NCBI GenBank assembly: GCA_951406725.2
Contig: OX597814.1
Location: 14,074,001 to 14,138,000, forward strand
DNA: 64,000 nucleotides
From: Octopus vulgaris
Lineage: Eukaryota
Reading direction: 5' to 3'
Within the stretch, counting starts at the first letter, position 1. Every line of letters begins with the position of its first letter. A program made the translations under genes and the position numbers. The notes under the pieces are model-generated. The model was not told the origin of the DNA, ran no database searches, and was given only the letters and a program-made list of their open reading frames with translations. Positions 43,303 to 57,588 of this stretch are shown here, one piece after another.

Positions 43303-45740
43303 ACATGATGGCCGTCCACTCCTGAGCGAGGAGGACCATTATTGACATTTAGGAACATTGTGCGCCCTAGGACTAAACTATATTTTGCATTTGCGACTCC
43401 GTTGGTGGCTAATGAGCCCTGCTCTTCACAAACATACACGACTACAGATATTGCAAACCAACGTTTCCCCATTCACAATGCTAGCAGCGCCCTCTCGAAC
43501 AGCACGCTTAACTTCTTCATGCAGAATACATACTCTTTCAAAGCTGCTTCCTTCACTCTATCTGTGGCGATGACAGGCATTGCTCTCCCAGTCGGTTTCC
43601 TGCATATCATAGGCCTTTAATGAGGATTGGACACAGTCCTTAAATCGTAGCCTTGGTTTCTGCCAACGAGTTCACCATATAGCATCTGTTTAGGGGTCCT
43701 GCTATCCTTCATTCTAATAAGCCGTCCAGTCCAACGTATTCGGTGCTTGTGCACCATCACCTGAATACCCAAAATATCAGCGTTCCTAAAGACCTGTGTG
43801 TTTGGAGTTTTTATTGTTCAGCCAAAATTCAAAATCTGTCTCAGACATCTCTGATGAAAGCTGTCAGAGACCTTTACATGTCATTTGTAAAGGGTCCATG
43901 CCTCACATAAGTAGAGGAGTGATGTCACTACACAGCAATTTTTGTTTGTCTTGTGACCACACACGAGATTCAAGAGACCGGAACGAATCAATTACTCTCC
44001 GAAGCCTGAAATATATTTCATCCTCCAGGGAGCAAGCATGGCCGAGTGTGCTGCCCAAGTAGACAAACTTGTCTACAACTTTCAGTATTGTTCCTTCAAC
44101 CAAGATTTATTGTTCCACATATGGACTTCCTGGTGCAAGCTAAGACATTACAACTATCTTGTCCAGGCTAATGCTGAGTCCAAAAGCATTGCAAGAAGCA
44201 AAAATACGATTCATAAGTATTTGCATGTCATCCATTGTATGAGTGGCTAAGTCACAGTCATCTGCATAAAGGAGGTCACGAATAAGAAACTGGAAAACTT
44301 TTGAAATTGGCAACAAATTGGTGTAGATTAAAGAGACGGTCAGAAGATCGATACCTGACATATATTCCCAGAGAGCTAATCTTTTCAAAAGCATGAATAA
44401 AAGCAGCAGCAATGTACAAAGAAAGAAAGTTGGAGTAAGGATTTCCACCTGCTTGACACCATTCTTTACAGGAACGGGTCTCGCCATGCCACCACCAACA
44501 TTTACCCAAGCCTCCATCCCATCTTGAAATGATTCAATTATAGATACGAAGTGATCCAGACATCCAGATTGGCCGAGTATTTTCCGTAGCAATGCCCCAT
44601 TCACAGTATCAAAGGTCTAGGTTAAATCAATGAATACCTGGACAAGATCCATATCCTACTCATAGCACCTCTCCTGCATCTGTCTTATTGTGAAAATCGC
44701 TTCACAGCTAACAGTCCTCTGTGCATTAATACATTGTGGGCATGCCGCTTTACAGCCACTAGTCGCTGAACCTCAGCATCATATTCATCAAACCAGTATC
44801 TGTGTCTGACAGTAGCATATCCCAGTGTTTCACCAGCACATTGAAGAACGAACCTGGTCTCGAATTCTTCCCATATTGTAGTATTTTCAATGCTGGACAA
44901 GCAAATCTGAAGTTCTTTCCTCAAACACATCATCATATATCTTGTGGACATTCAGACGCCAAGGAATGCCAATTGGTCCTCTTCTCTCTTTCACTCTAAT
45001 CATCATCCGCAAACCTTCTCGCACCAGGCTGTGTTCTGTCTAGCTTTCCGATCCATGAAAGAACTTGCTGATAATGACATAATCCAGCAAGTGCCAAACC
45101 TTAGACTTGGATGCATCCACGATGTTGTGTGATCACTTTTGTGCAGAAAATGAGTGCTTGCGATGTAAAGTCCATGTTCATCGCAAAGCGCCAGCAGCAT
45201 GAGGCCATTGCTATTCATTTTCCCTGTACCAAAACGTCCTAGAGGGTTCCGTGCTTGCCAGTCCGTTCCAACACTGGCATTGAAATTCCTCAGCAGAATT
45301 TCCTAAGTATGGCTCTCATCTTGGTATAAAAAAAGTTTTATCTTCATCACAACTAGTCAAAGCAGATGCATAGGCACTTATTCGAGTGGCAAACCCACAC
45401 CTTTCAGGTGAAATCGTAGTGTCATTAGATGTTCATTTATAGAAACAAAAAGCTCCTCCAACTTCTTAAGGATATCTAGATCGAACTGAAAAGCCAACAC
45501 CAGCCCCTCTGCGCTCCTCCTCCAGCCTCCCCTTCCAAAAGAAAGGTTGTATCCACCTCCTACTTCCTCAAGCTGGCCATCACCTTCTATGCGAGTCCCT
45601 GAAAGTGCAGCCGTATCACTATCTAGCGGTTCAGCTCGCGGGCAACAAGTACAGTGCGTCTTTGGGGCCTACAATCGCTTTCGTTATCCAACAATATTAC
45701 CAAAACTATCTAATATCCACCAGATAATACTCAAAATGGG
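43303..45740 (-). mobile_element. RTE/BovB-like LINE, decayed (APE + RT)
   Basis: RPQRRTVLVARELNR..DTAALSGTRIEGDGQLEEVGGGY; MNSNGLMLLALCDEHGL..TSWMHP; VKNGVKQ; IRDLLYADDCDL; AFGLSISLDK; LKVVDKFVYLGSTL. Many stops and frameshifts plus an internal deletion. Confidence 0.92.
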
Positions 45741-46926
45741 AATGAAATGCCAAATATTATTTAAAATACATTATGCGCAGAAAGAGTTGTTTTCGTCACG
45801 AGTAGAGAAATTTTGATTATTAAGTTCATTATTGAGAATAATCTTTTTAGGTGCATCTGCATCTCCACGCTTCAATTTTAGTCAACTATTTAACACATTT
45901 CAATGTCTGAAAAATACTTTTCTGATTGTAAATTATATCTAAGCTCTACACTCGGTTTCAAATTTTGCAATAAGGTAGACTCCGTTAAAAACTATTGCTT
46001 CAACTTTGTACGTACGTATAATCACTCCACAATTATAAAACTAAAATTGAATTAGGTACCTTTTTTGTGTAGAACAGACAACGACGATAATAAGTAGGAC
46101 GAGGTATTTTGTTCCGGCGATCAACCATTTCTGCCACAGAAATATCCCCTAATACTACTGTTGAAATCAAAAACCAAAAAATTAATTTTTACTGAATTGC
46201 CAAACGACGTGATTCAGTTTTAAAACGCCTTGTAACATTTACAGGATATTTAAACCTATTGAATATTTAAAAGCAATATTTAAATTTTAAGATACGTTTT
46301 ACAGTTGTTAAATTACAAACCCTAAACACAGATAATAATTCGAAATTAATGAGCTGATATACTTCTTGAGATGATATAAATTTATTCAACATAAATTGCA
46401 AGATTGATGTTTTAGCCAGACGCTCTAAAGCAGATTTTATACCTAAATCGAAATGCCAGAGAAAAGAAAAAATATCTGCGTTGTAAGAATTACAAACATA
46501 AAAAGATATGAAATTATTGACCCTCTTACTGAAAGCCATTCATTTAAACATTAAATATAATAACCTTACCTGAAATTCTACGTTCTGGTTAACAAAATCG
46601 ATAGATTTCTGCAATAATGCCTTCCATGTTATATGGCACAATGTATATAACACAATGCTCTCCACCCCGCCTTCCCTCTCTTTCTCTCTCTCCCTCCCTC
46701 ACTCACTCACTGACTCACTAACTCTCTGTCTCTGCCTCTCTCTCTCTCTCTCTTTCTCTGTCTCTCTCTCTCTCTCTTGTTATTTAGCATTTGGAGAAAT
46801 AATGCCATATTATTAGACAGCTACAAAGACTCCTAAAACTTACAAACATACGTTCGCAAATGCTTATATATATTAATCTGTAACGATCGGTTTATTTCAG
46901 GTGGACCTTATATATATAGTCAATAT

Positions 46927-47334
<408 letters not shown>

Positions 47335-47713
47335 CGTACAGAGTATTTGAGTCGTTTGTAGAGGGAATCAACTCCATTGACATTAAAACACGCAAGATAC
47401 TGACATCACCAGGAGACGTTTCCGTGGGAACAAATTAAATCTTTTTTCTGGAGTAACAGGTCACTTTTCTAGCGCAACATTCATTAATTTCGAAGATGTG
47501 CAAAATTTGAATCTCCTTCAATGCATTTGTGATGGCCCTATGGAACGTCCAGGACCCTTGTGACAACTTCATTCATCTTAAAATCGAATGTCCCTGCAAT
47601 CTGTCTTCAGCTTGTTGAACAAACAAATGTTGAGGACTGTTTGAATTATAGGGATAGTGGGTGACAGTTTAGGTACCCATCTCTGGTTACCAGGATGGTC
47701 GTCACCAAGTTCT

Positions 47714-48031
47714 AGGCGTGGTTGTGTGGTAAGAAGCTTGCTTCTAAACCACATGGTACAGGATTCAGCTCCAGTAAGTGATAACCTGCTCAACTGTTTT
47801 CTATTATAATCTCAAACCGACTAAAGCCTGGTTAATGGATTAAGCCTGTCATATATATACGGTATTGGTGGGTATATGTCCCCGTAACATAGCAGTTCGG
47901 CAAACCAATCCTAGAGAATACGTACTAAGCTTACAAAGAATAACTCCTGGGGTGAATTTCGTCGACTAAAAAACATTTTTATAGCGGTGTTCCAATATGA
48001 CTACTGTCAAATGACTGCAACAAATAGAAGA
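47714..48031 (+). mobile_element. Diverged SINE family A copy
   Basis: ggttgtgtggtaagaagcttgc..aaccacatgg; gtccccgtaac.tagc.gttcggcaaa; gcttacaaagaataa.tcc.gggg; gtcaaatgactg. Confidence 0.8.
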
Positions 48032-48199
48032 ATGCTAAACTCTTTTCGCTATTGATCACCACAAATTCATTTTTACTGAATTGCCAAACGACGTGATTCT
48101 TAATCACTCAACGCTTTTCACATTGCTTTCTTACATTTGTAAATTCAAAAACGCCTTGTAACATTTACAGGATATTTAAACCTATTTTATTCTCCTAGA

Positions 48200-49300
48200 A
48201 TATGCTTATTCAATAGTACATTCCACCTATCCTCTTCCTTGATTCATACAATTTCATTTTTTTTTCACTGTTATCGCTATAAATTTTCCTTTATAAATTT
48301 TCATATCTAATCATATTTTCATTCCATTTTAGAATCTTGCGCTTTTCAAGAAAATACCTATTATTCGCATTGTCCAAATCTACCAATTATTTTCCATAGA
48401 TCCATGTTTCTCATCTACTTACTTTCTCATGCATTTTTCTCATAACTTTGACATTCTTTTTAAGCAAACTTTAGCATCATATTAACTCAAACTCTAGATT
48501 ATAGGCCTTTTCAATATGTCACATAAAGCCATTATCGACATATGCATTTATTGTGCGTTTTATTGCAAACTATCACTATAATCTCAATACGATCGGAAAC
48601 TTTCTTGTTTATTCCTAAGCAATATTTATATTAATCAAGTTGATAAAACTGAATACTCCTCCACCTATGTTGTTAAAGCTTATACCTTCTTAAAGCTTAT
48701 ACCTTCTTAAATACTAGTTTTGGTATGCAAGGATTTACCAATATTGAGGAAATTATTCAATAGTTCATATAACCAAATAGCTTTAATGCGACTATTTCAT
48801 TTGCAAGTTTATCTGATTGTGGCATTTCTCCTGAAATTCCACCTATTCCATGACTTTCTATTTATTAGCTCAATGGCTCTCACTATTTCTTCCACGGATA
48901 TTTCATGTGCAACCACGTTCACCTACTCTTGTGGTTTGAGAATTTACTAAGCATTTCTCCCATCAAAAGCCTTGTTCATGTCTGCATTAATAAATTATTT
49001 CTTGAATGTTTATATCAGATGGTATTTGTTCTGCATCAATTCTACGCGGAGCTAGTCTTTTTGTTCCATTTCCTCTTTCTGCTATCTCGTTCATAATTTC
49101 ATAAATGCTTCCGGTACCTCTATTTTCCGGCATTGAGAATTTTATCTGCTCCATCAGATTTCTCATCTAAGAAGGTTCTTTTATCTTTTCTTGATCAATT
49201 TTAACCTCCCTACAGAGACTGCAACATTTAACTAATTCTAATTTAACGTTCAACATTCAGCAAACGTATTCCTCTCATTTAATGCCTCTGCAGATTTCTA
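48200..49300 (-). mobile_element. Highly decayed LINE RT remnant, clade uncertain
   Basis: Minus strand EISVEEIVRAIELINRKS..IGGISGEM near 48830-48910 resembles the ITxEEVxxAI..KAxGxDG RT N-terminal motif. Confidence 0.4.
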
Positions 49301-49590
49301 TGATATGTATGTGTGGTTCCATGTCTCAATGCGTATTTCTGTATGCATTTATAAATGGTGTAAACGATGCACCAATTTCAGTACGACTATATGAAATCGT
49401 AACCTGCCTTTCGATAGTGAATGTTGAAATAATTACAAGTCAGAATTAGTAATAATGCTGAGATGACAGAGTATAAAAATTTGAACAAATTTGAGATAGC
49501 AGTCTGTCCTAAACCCGGTAAAAATACCAAATACCACACATAATGTACACACATAAACCGAAATAAACTCAAAGATATCTACACACATAA

Positions 49591-49622
<32 letters not shown>

Positions 49623-50060
49623 TATAATTTATATATATATATGTGTGTGTGTGTGTGTTTGTGTGTGTAATTGTTAAAGAGGACGACAAACGCTAAGTTA
49701 TGACAACCGTCTGAAGTCATATACGTTATTATTACTGAAAATTTTTTAATCCTTACAGCTGTTTCTGTGATAGCCCAAAGTATGGAATATTCTGTGATCG
49801 GCGACAAATATGGACAATGCGAAAGGTATTGATTAATGAAACGATGACGCAGAGGGCAAGAGAAAAGGAATAAAGAAAGCATAAAGGTTCACAGTCCAAC
49901 TTTCCGATAGTGTAGATGTTAGTACATAAGTCCTTAGGTGCAATCCCGATTAAATTCATTTATGGCTATAGACTTGACAGTGTAAATACTCAGAGATAAA
50001 CGCGAACGCATCGGAGTTTGCTATTAAGGGATAAAAAGAAAGAAAAATAAATAGAAAGTT

Positions 50061-50480
50061 AGGCGCAGGAGTGGCTGTGTGGTAAGTAGCTTGCTAACCA
50101 ACCACATGGTTCCGGGTTCAGTCCCAATGCGTGGCATCTTGGGCAAGAGTCTTCTGCTATAGTCCCGGGCCGACCAATGCCTTGTGAGTGGACTTGGTAG
50201 ACGGAAACTGAAAGAAGCCTGTCGTATATATGTATATATATATATATGTGTGTGTGTGTGTTTGTATGTCTGTGTTTGTCCCCCTAGCATCGCTTGACAA
50301 CCGATGCCGGTGTATTTATGTCCCCGTCACTTAGCGGTTCGGCAAAAGAGACCGATAGAATAAGTACTGGGCTTGCAAAAGAATAAATCCCGGGGTCGCG
50401 GTCAAATAAGTCCCGGGGTCGCGGGGCTCCAGCATGGCCGCAGTCAAATGACTGAAACAAGTACAAGAGAAAAGAGAGTA
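50061..50480 (+). mobile_element. tRNA-derived SINE family A, full length, with a local rearrangement in the tail
   Basis: aggcgcaggagtggctgtgtggtaagtagcttgc...tgactgaaacaagta; tcccggggtcgcgg is duplicated at ~50388-50425. Confidence 0.92.
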
Positions 50481-51115
50481 AGGTAATAGTGGGGCAGCAG
50501 GAGGTACAGAAAATGGTGGAGGAAAGCAAGGATTGTTACGAAGGATAAAATAAGGTATATAAAAGTATAATCTACAAAAATAGAGAAGATAAATAAATAG
50601 ATATATAAGGATAAATAAGGAGAAGTGGAAGTAAAGGAAAATAACGTAAAAACACAAATAAATATATAAATCAGGGTAAATAAGGGGAAAGAATGAGGTA
50701 AAGGAAGATAACGAAAACAATACAAATAAATAAATCAGGGTAAATAAGGAGAGGGGTGTAAAGGAGGATAACGTAAAAATGTAAAATGAAGTAAAATGAA
50801 AGGGATTCAAAGAGAATGGTAGGTGCCAGAGCTATTATTCTAGTTCGTAGGGGTTGGGGAGGAAATCTAGTAGTAAGTGTTTGTGTCCATTTTATGGCTA
50901 AGGTCAGTGGATGTAGAAATATTTTTAGCTATGTGGGTATGAGTGTGTAGGTAGTCGTGAATGGAGAAATCAGTTGAATGTTAATTTATTTAGGAATAAG
51001 AGTTTCAACTAAATAGTAGGGGATTTAATAGGTTAAGGTTTAAAAATAAATTACAGAATTAACAGTTATCTTCTAAGGTACTAAGGTTGATAGAAGAGAT
51101 AAACGAGGGTATGTA
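50481..51115 (-). mobile_element. Possible L1/Tx1-type 3' end remnant
   Basis: Minus strand FLHSRLPTHSY...HKHLLLD resembles the C-terminal RLPT...HLLxxC region; a pyrimidine-rich 3'UTR-like tract follows. Confidence 0.35.
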
Positions 51116-52438
51116 TTATCGATTAGGTATGTTCCATGGGAATATAGTCCTATTTTTATGTGTGGAAATCTGAATACATAATTTTATATTTGTGCGCGTG
51201 TATTGTAGTTCTAGTCGGTGATTGTGTGCTAGGTATTGTGCATTGCGTGTACGTTTGGAATAATGATGTGTAAGCGTATTCGTATGTAACATCACTAGGT
51301 TTGTTGATACGAGATTTAAACATAAAAGTGTCATTTTCATAGAACTTTTCAGAAAGAATGAAAGATGACAGTTGAATATTGTCGCACACATGTGACCAGT
51401 TCAGGGGCTATTGTGTCTGTGACACGAAGAAGAATTCACCACAAAATACCTGAATCTGACATTGATTTAATGAAGTGGATATAAGGTGAAACGTTTTACT
51501 TTTTATAGAAATTGATGTCGCTGAATCACCTGTAATATATGTGGAGTAGTGTAAACGATATGATCAACCTAATGATTATGGGAAGGAAGTGCTGTATTCT
51601 ACTTTTGGTGATGTGATGAAATGTTCTAGCAGATGATCTTTTGCTGTTCATACCCAGGTTTGGTGGGTCTGACTAAAAAATGCCTGTTCAACACTGACCC
51701 CTCTAGTTTCTTTTTTTTTTTTGTTTTTGTAAACGTAGTGCAACTAGGATTTCACTCAAAACATCTGTTTCCTATTTGAGACAGTGAAGTGTAATTTGAA
51801 ATATATTTCATTCTTATAAAATCATGCAGACCACGAAATGCATAAGGGGTTCTTTCTTTAACTCAACGCAAAATCCTTTAATCAATTCCTAGTTGAAGCA
51901 ATCTAATGTTCGGCTGTTCGTGACATTTATCTGTTCCTTATGTTAGCGTTGGGTAAATATATCAAGTATACACAAAGCATTTTCATTGGTAACTATAGAA
52001 CTAAATCTAAACAATTAATTGCACGTCCGGTTACACTTCTAGTGATTTCAGAAACGCATCTAGAGGAAGCACATTATTGAGCTGGTGTGGAATCACCTAT
52101 GTACACTGCTATTTGGCTAGTATCGTAAAATAATTTAATGCATTTCACTGTGGCTACGTGAGTCAATTTAATTGTAATTGGCTGACATTTTGAAAGAGTT
52201 ATTGTATCTTTGCATGAAGCGCTTAGTTATAATTGATAGGTTGTTATGCTGAGAGGATTGAAAGATGCAGATGTATTTCTGATGAAGAACTACTTTATTA
52301 TTTACACTGATCTTAAAATTACACATGTACACTATAAATAAATATATATATATATTAGTCTTGTTGGGTTCCTCTCTAGCAGTATATTGGATATATGTTA
52401 TCCCATGGTGGGTTGAATTTTCAACCCCTATCTCATTT

Positions 52439-52529
<91 letters not shown>

Positions 52530-52649
52530 TTCAGTGTATCCTACTAGGTGAGGAATATACGGATGTTAGAATTTGTTTGTATCTTTGCATGTGTAAAGAT
52601 AATTTGATAAAATTAGTAAACTTTCATATCTCCTTCATTCAAGGACTAA

Positions 52650-53024
52650 TCTCTCTCTATATAAACGGCAGTTTGTCTGTGCGTGTTTCTGTGTGTCTGT
52701 TTGCTTGTACCCTCACCCTGACCACGGCTTTCAACCGATTCTGATGAAACTTGACACACACATAGCCCAATGTCATAATTCAAAACTAACGCAGCGAAAA
52801 TTTTGAAAAGTTCCCCCAGTTCTGAAAAAAATCGATAAATTCGACATGGGGTCCAGAATCAGAAACACAAACTGTCTAGGGGACGCAACTCCACCTTTTT
52901 TAACTAAAAAAAAATTTACCATCATTTTTTTCCATTTTTTTGCTATTTTTTGGCTATAACTCTCTAAAAATGCTTTATAGTTATTTCCCTTACAAATCTG
53001 AGCAACGCCGGGCGATACTGCTAG
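52650..53024 (+). mobile_element. Non-autonomous Helitron
   Basis: A|TC start with tctctatataaa; 3' end gagcaacgccgggcgatactgCTAG|T is shared with 31657-32248. Confidence 0.8.
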
Positions 53025-54269
53025 TCGATAAATAAAATCATGAGGTTTTTAAAGATGAGAGAAATTGTAAACGTGATCAAAATGTAAAATGACAAAGAGT
53101 GTTAGATTGCCTTAAAAGAAGGAAAATAGTTGCATACACGTCACACAAATTTGGGCAGAAAAGGATACATTTGATTTAACCTTCGATATTTAATGTTTGG
53201 TGCTAAACTAATGGAATTCGATTCAACTCAAAATAACTGTTAGTCAATATGGTTCGAATGGGTGTAATATAACCAAATAGACACTTCAATGAATATCATC
53301 CTCAGACATTATATAATGTAAATTAATAAAAAGATATACAAATCACATTGGGTTAATACATACGCACTTACATGGAAATACATATACTCACAATCTATCT
53401 TAAATTGTTTCAAATCTTGTGCGTGTAGGTGCCTTGTTTCCTTGCCGAAGGCACTTAATTTCCTGCTGTCCCATTTTACTCTTTAAAAGATATGTTGCAG
53501 CATAGTGAAGGTACCGCGTAATTCCCCTCCTATTCCGACTTCCTGCATGATCCGCCGGCTCAACATATGGACGGCTGCAAGGCTGTCTGTGTCCTCTTGT
53601 AACTACTAATGCTTCCACATTTTCGGAAAACATTGTAAGTTCAGTTATGTTATATTCTTTCTCAGCCACTCGTGATGGTTTATACACTAGTGCACGCCCG
53701 CATACAAACATATTCATGTGTGTATGTCGGCATGTAATCTGATACTTAACTTATATATTCAAACGTTTTTCTTGGTAAGAAATACTTCGATATGTAACGT
53801 GATGAATCTATGAAAAGTTATATTATCACTCATTTCTGAGTGCACTGCTTCTTACATCCGAAGCAAATGTAAGCAGTTGTTTTGCCATTTATTTGATAAT
53901 ATTCTGCGCTATCCTTATGCTGTCGATCGTATAAACACCCAGAGGAGGAGCTGCATGAATCCACACTACTTCAAAGTCGAAACATGAATACTTTGCATTA
54001 TGAGTTTATTGAAAACGAAAATTTGCGTATTAGTGCTGTTATGGATAAGTAGAATTATAATTGGAATGTATGTATATGAATTACATTTGCATTTTCTCTG
54101 TAGAAGTAACCAATATCCATACATGAACGTGTAAGATGAAACGAAAGCCTTTGCTCAAATGAGTTTTATAGCGGTTCTCTTAGAATCACTGTAAAATTTT
54201 ATCAAAACTGTTGTTGATCCTCTTCCATAACGTTTTTGCATGTGATAATGCAAAAAGGTTAAAAAATAT

Positions 54270-54900
54270 ATATAATGTGTCCCAAAAAGAAAGCAGAAGA
54301 GGTACGAAAAATTATAGGTCTCAACAGCATCATGGAACGGATTGCCAAAAAGAAACTGAATATATTCTTAGAAGAATATAGCTTCTTCGCTGAAATGCAG
54401 CATGATTTACGCTAACAAAAGACCTGAAAACATTGCGCCTACGTCATTGGTGTTCTGTTTGGCGAGTTTTCAATCAGCAGTTCCATCATTGAAAGGTGGG
54501 TGTGATATATTTTAACATAGCAAAATCCTTCGATAACGCTGGGAGCATGATTTTCTAAAAGGCAGACTACTGTAGCATTAATTACTTTCAAAATATTTAT
54601 TAGTTGTAAATGATGTCCTTCAAGGGACTGTTATGAGTCTGTTGATTTTATGGTTCCATTCTTTGATATCTTCTCAGTCTCACGCCGCTACTATCTCTCG
54701 TCACGCAAATAATTACAAAAGAGATACAGGAAATCAAACGGAGAATGCGTAACAAAATTACGGCAAAGACTAATTATAATATCCAAATAGTCTGAAGAGA
54801 AAAGAATGCTGTTCAATTCTTGGAATATTTTAACTATTCCACTACCAATACATAGACATCACAATCAGAGTACAAAGGGTGAAGAACGTATAAGAGGCCA
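54270..54900 (+). mobile_element. Decayed CR1/L2-like LINE RT remnant
   Basis: ENYR..MERIAKKKLNIFLEEYSFFAEMQHDLR, IAKSFD, DVLQGTVMSLL (GVPQGTVLGPLL-like) and MLFN occur in the expected order. Confidence 0.6.
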
Positions 54901-54999
54901 GAATCACAATCTGGGAAACGATATGGGTAATGACACATCGTTTTCAGTACATAAAATGTGACTGGTTATCAGAATGAAAACAATGATTTGAAAATAAAT

Positions 55000-55110
55000 G
55001 TATGGTTGCGTCGTAAGCAATCTACTTCTCAATAACACGGCTCCCGATTCAGTCACACTGTGGGGGCACCTTGGGTGGGTGTCTTTTACTATTGCCATAT
55101 GCCGACTAGA
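55000..55110 (+). mobile_element. SINE family A 5' fragment, diverged
   Basis: ttcagtcacactg.g.ggcaccttggg...gtgtctt.tactat is homologous to 50115-50162. Confidence 0.65.
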
Positions 55111-55161
55111 TTCGGCAACAGATATCACCAGAATAACTACAAGTTTCGAATTCCCCAAGCT

Positions 55162-55180
55162 TCTCCTCTTCTTCTTCTTC

Positions 55181-55212
<32 letters not shown>

Positions 55213-55319
55213 CTTCTTCTTCTTCTTCTTCTTTTTCTTCTTCTTCTTCATCTTCTTTTTCTCCTTCATCTTCTTTTTCTTCTTCTTCTTCTTCTTCTTC
55301 TTTTTCTTCTTCTTCTTCC
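55162..55319. repeat. (TTC)n microsatellite
   Basis: Direct reading. Confidence 0.95.
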
Positions 55320-55794
55320 TCTATATCTCCCTCTCTATGTTAATTACTCATCCCCTAATCGCATTTTCATTTACCTTTTGTTTCCTTTCAATATAAGACA
55401 AAAATTAATGTCAGTAAGACGCACAATACGACAGCGTACTTTTTGATGCAAGTCTAATCAAGTCCCACACTAGTGCCTAAAACCACAATCATTAGGTACA
55501 TTTTCGTTAAATCATGTCACAGAGAGAGTTGGTACAGAAAAAACTGTAGCGAATCATCAAAGGTGTGTTCAAGAATTTCTTTGTCTTATTACTTGGATTA
55601 TAACTTATTCATCACCCAACCCACAGAACGGTATTATCGTCGTGAAAGCAAGATTTTGTACACCTGAAGAATTTCGACATTTTTTAGCTCTATACTGAGT
55701 ATGTATGTGTGAGTGTGTATGTTTTATATATAGAGAGAGAATATTAATATTTGTAAGTCTCTCTAAAGGAGACTACGACAGCGGTACTGGATAA

Positions 55795-56050
55795 TAATAA
55801 TTATCGCCAAGCTAATATGGCAGTCCAGAAATATAGAACGAATGCTGCCGTTGAATAGCTCCAAAAAGCCATCGCCTCTAGCTAGCTACGTGAGACACGA
55901 ATCTGTGTCCATTATTACCATCGAAGGTAATAATGGGAATAGGTTCGTGTCTCACATAGCTAGCTAGAGGCGATGGCCTCTTGGAGCTAATGAACGGCAG
56001 CATTTGTCCTATATTTCTGGACTGCCATATTAGCTTGGCGATAACTATTA
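55795..56050. repeat. Long fold-back palindrome (~125-bp arms, 6-nt loop)
   Basis: 55795-55919 pairs with 55926-56050; about 11-12 mismatches by manual comparison. Confidence 0.92.
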
Positions 56051-56098
56051 ATATGTATACGTATATATATATATATATATATATATTGGGTATGTAGA

Positions 56099-56165
<67 letters not shown>

Positions 56166-56384
56166 AGGGATTGCTCCAAAACGAATACGAGTTCGCTCTC
56201 AGTTAATTATTCAAAATAGGTTATTCAACAGATAATATATACATATAATACTGGATATATATGTGTGTGTGCGCGCGCGCGTATAATTAACAATGTAAGG
56301 AAATGTAGAGTGAAGTATGTATAGTTCATTTAACTGCATTATAATTTGCTTTTAAGACATAATTACAAACACATTTTTAAAAAA

Positions 56385-56870
56385 AACACAATAGAAGGCG
56401 CAAAAACCTGCACATGTTTCGATTCTGACGCCTTGGTAATGCATTATTTAAAGCATTTAGGTTAAATCTAATCTTAAGAATGTAAGCTGAAAGAGGTAGA
56501 ATTTGGGTTAAAAACCAATGCTAGGAATGGTACATTGTAAGGTGTAGAATGTGGGTTCAATGCAATGTTAAGAATATAAGCTGTAAGCGGTAAAATCTTG
56601 TCAGGGACTTTGTTTGCAGCAGAAGCAAAAATTACTACTATATTGGCTCGACGTAATGTTTTGGGAAAACCAGAATTTCGAACTATAAGTATTCTTTTAG
56701 AAATAGAATTAAACGGAATAATACGGGGCTTAGCAAAGTGATTTGGAAATTAAAGGCTAGCAATATCAGCTTCAAAATTAGGTGGAAAATATTAACCTTT
56801 TCAAAATAAACCCCCAGACAGAATTTATTTTTTTTATGAAGAGCAGAAGCCTATAATATTCTATTCTATA
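56385..56870 (+). mobile_element. Penelope-like element fragment (GIY-YIG endonuclease remnant)
   Basis: YYYIGST (tactactatattggctcgacg) and NNTGLSKVIWKLKASNISFKIRWKIL. An inverted paralog lies at 60370-60775. Confidence 0.75.
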
Positions 56871-57588
56871 ATGTCCGTTTTAATACATTAATAATAATGA
56901 AAGTTACATCTTTTTTGAAGGAAATCAAATCCACAACTTAAGAAGTTAAACATATTTTTTCATATATATTGTATTTATGTTTTTGGTAAGGTAAAAAAAA
57001 ACAAGTATGTAATAACAGATATAAAATAAAATACAACAAACTTACTTACAAATATAAGAATAATATGAATAATTAAAATATTGTTATAGATTTATGGGAA
57101 AATAATTATGTAACAAAATATGAAAATGAAATATAGTAAATAAAATAAAATAAATAAATAATTTAGGAAAATACACGATAAATAATAAATAAACCGTTAT
57201 AACTGTATAATTTCCATTGGCCTGCTAGTGGATACTAGTAAATATTTAAATGTAATCGATTACATATGTGTTACTATCTACTCCTATCTGAATATTCTAT
57301 CCATTAATAGATGTATTATTCATGTTTATACACACATATACCTATATACAAATGTATACAGTAAGCGTATACATTTTCCAATATATATATTTATGTCCAA
57401 TCATTGGTTATATATCCTAAGTATATATACATTTGTATATAATTCAATATTTATTCTAAAAGCGGATATAAACGAAAATAAAACAAAATAAACTAAAATG
57501 GGATAAATAGAATAAATTAAAATTAAGATGAGATACTAATCTGTATTTTATATTATAATAGAATACATAGAAATCTTAGAATACATAT

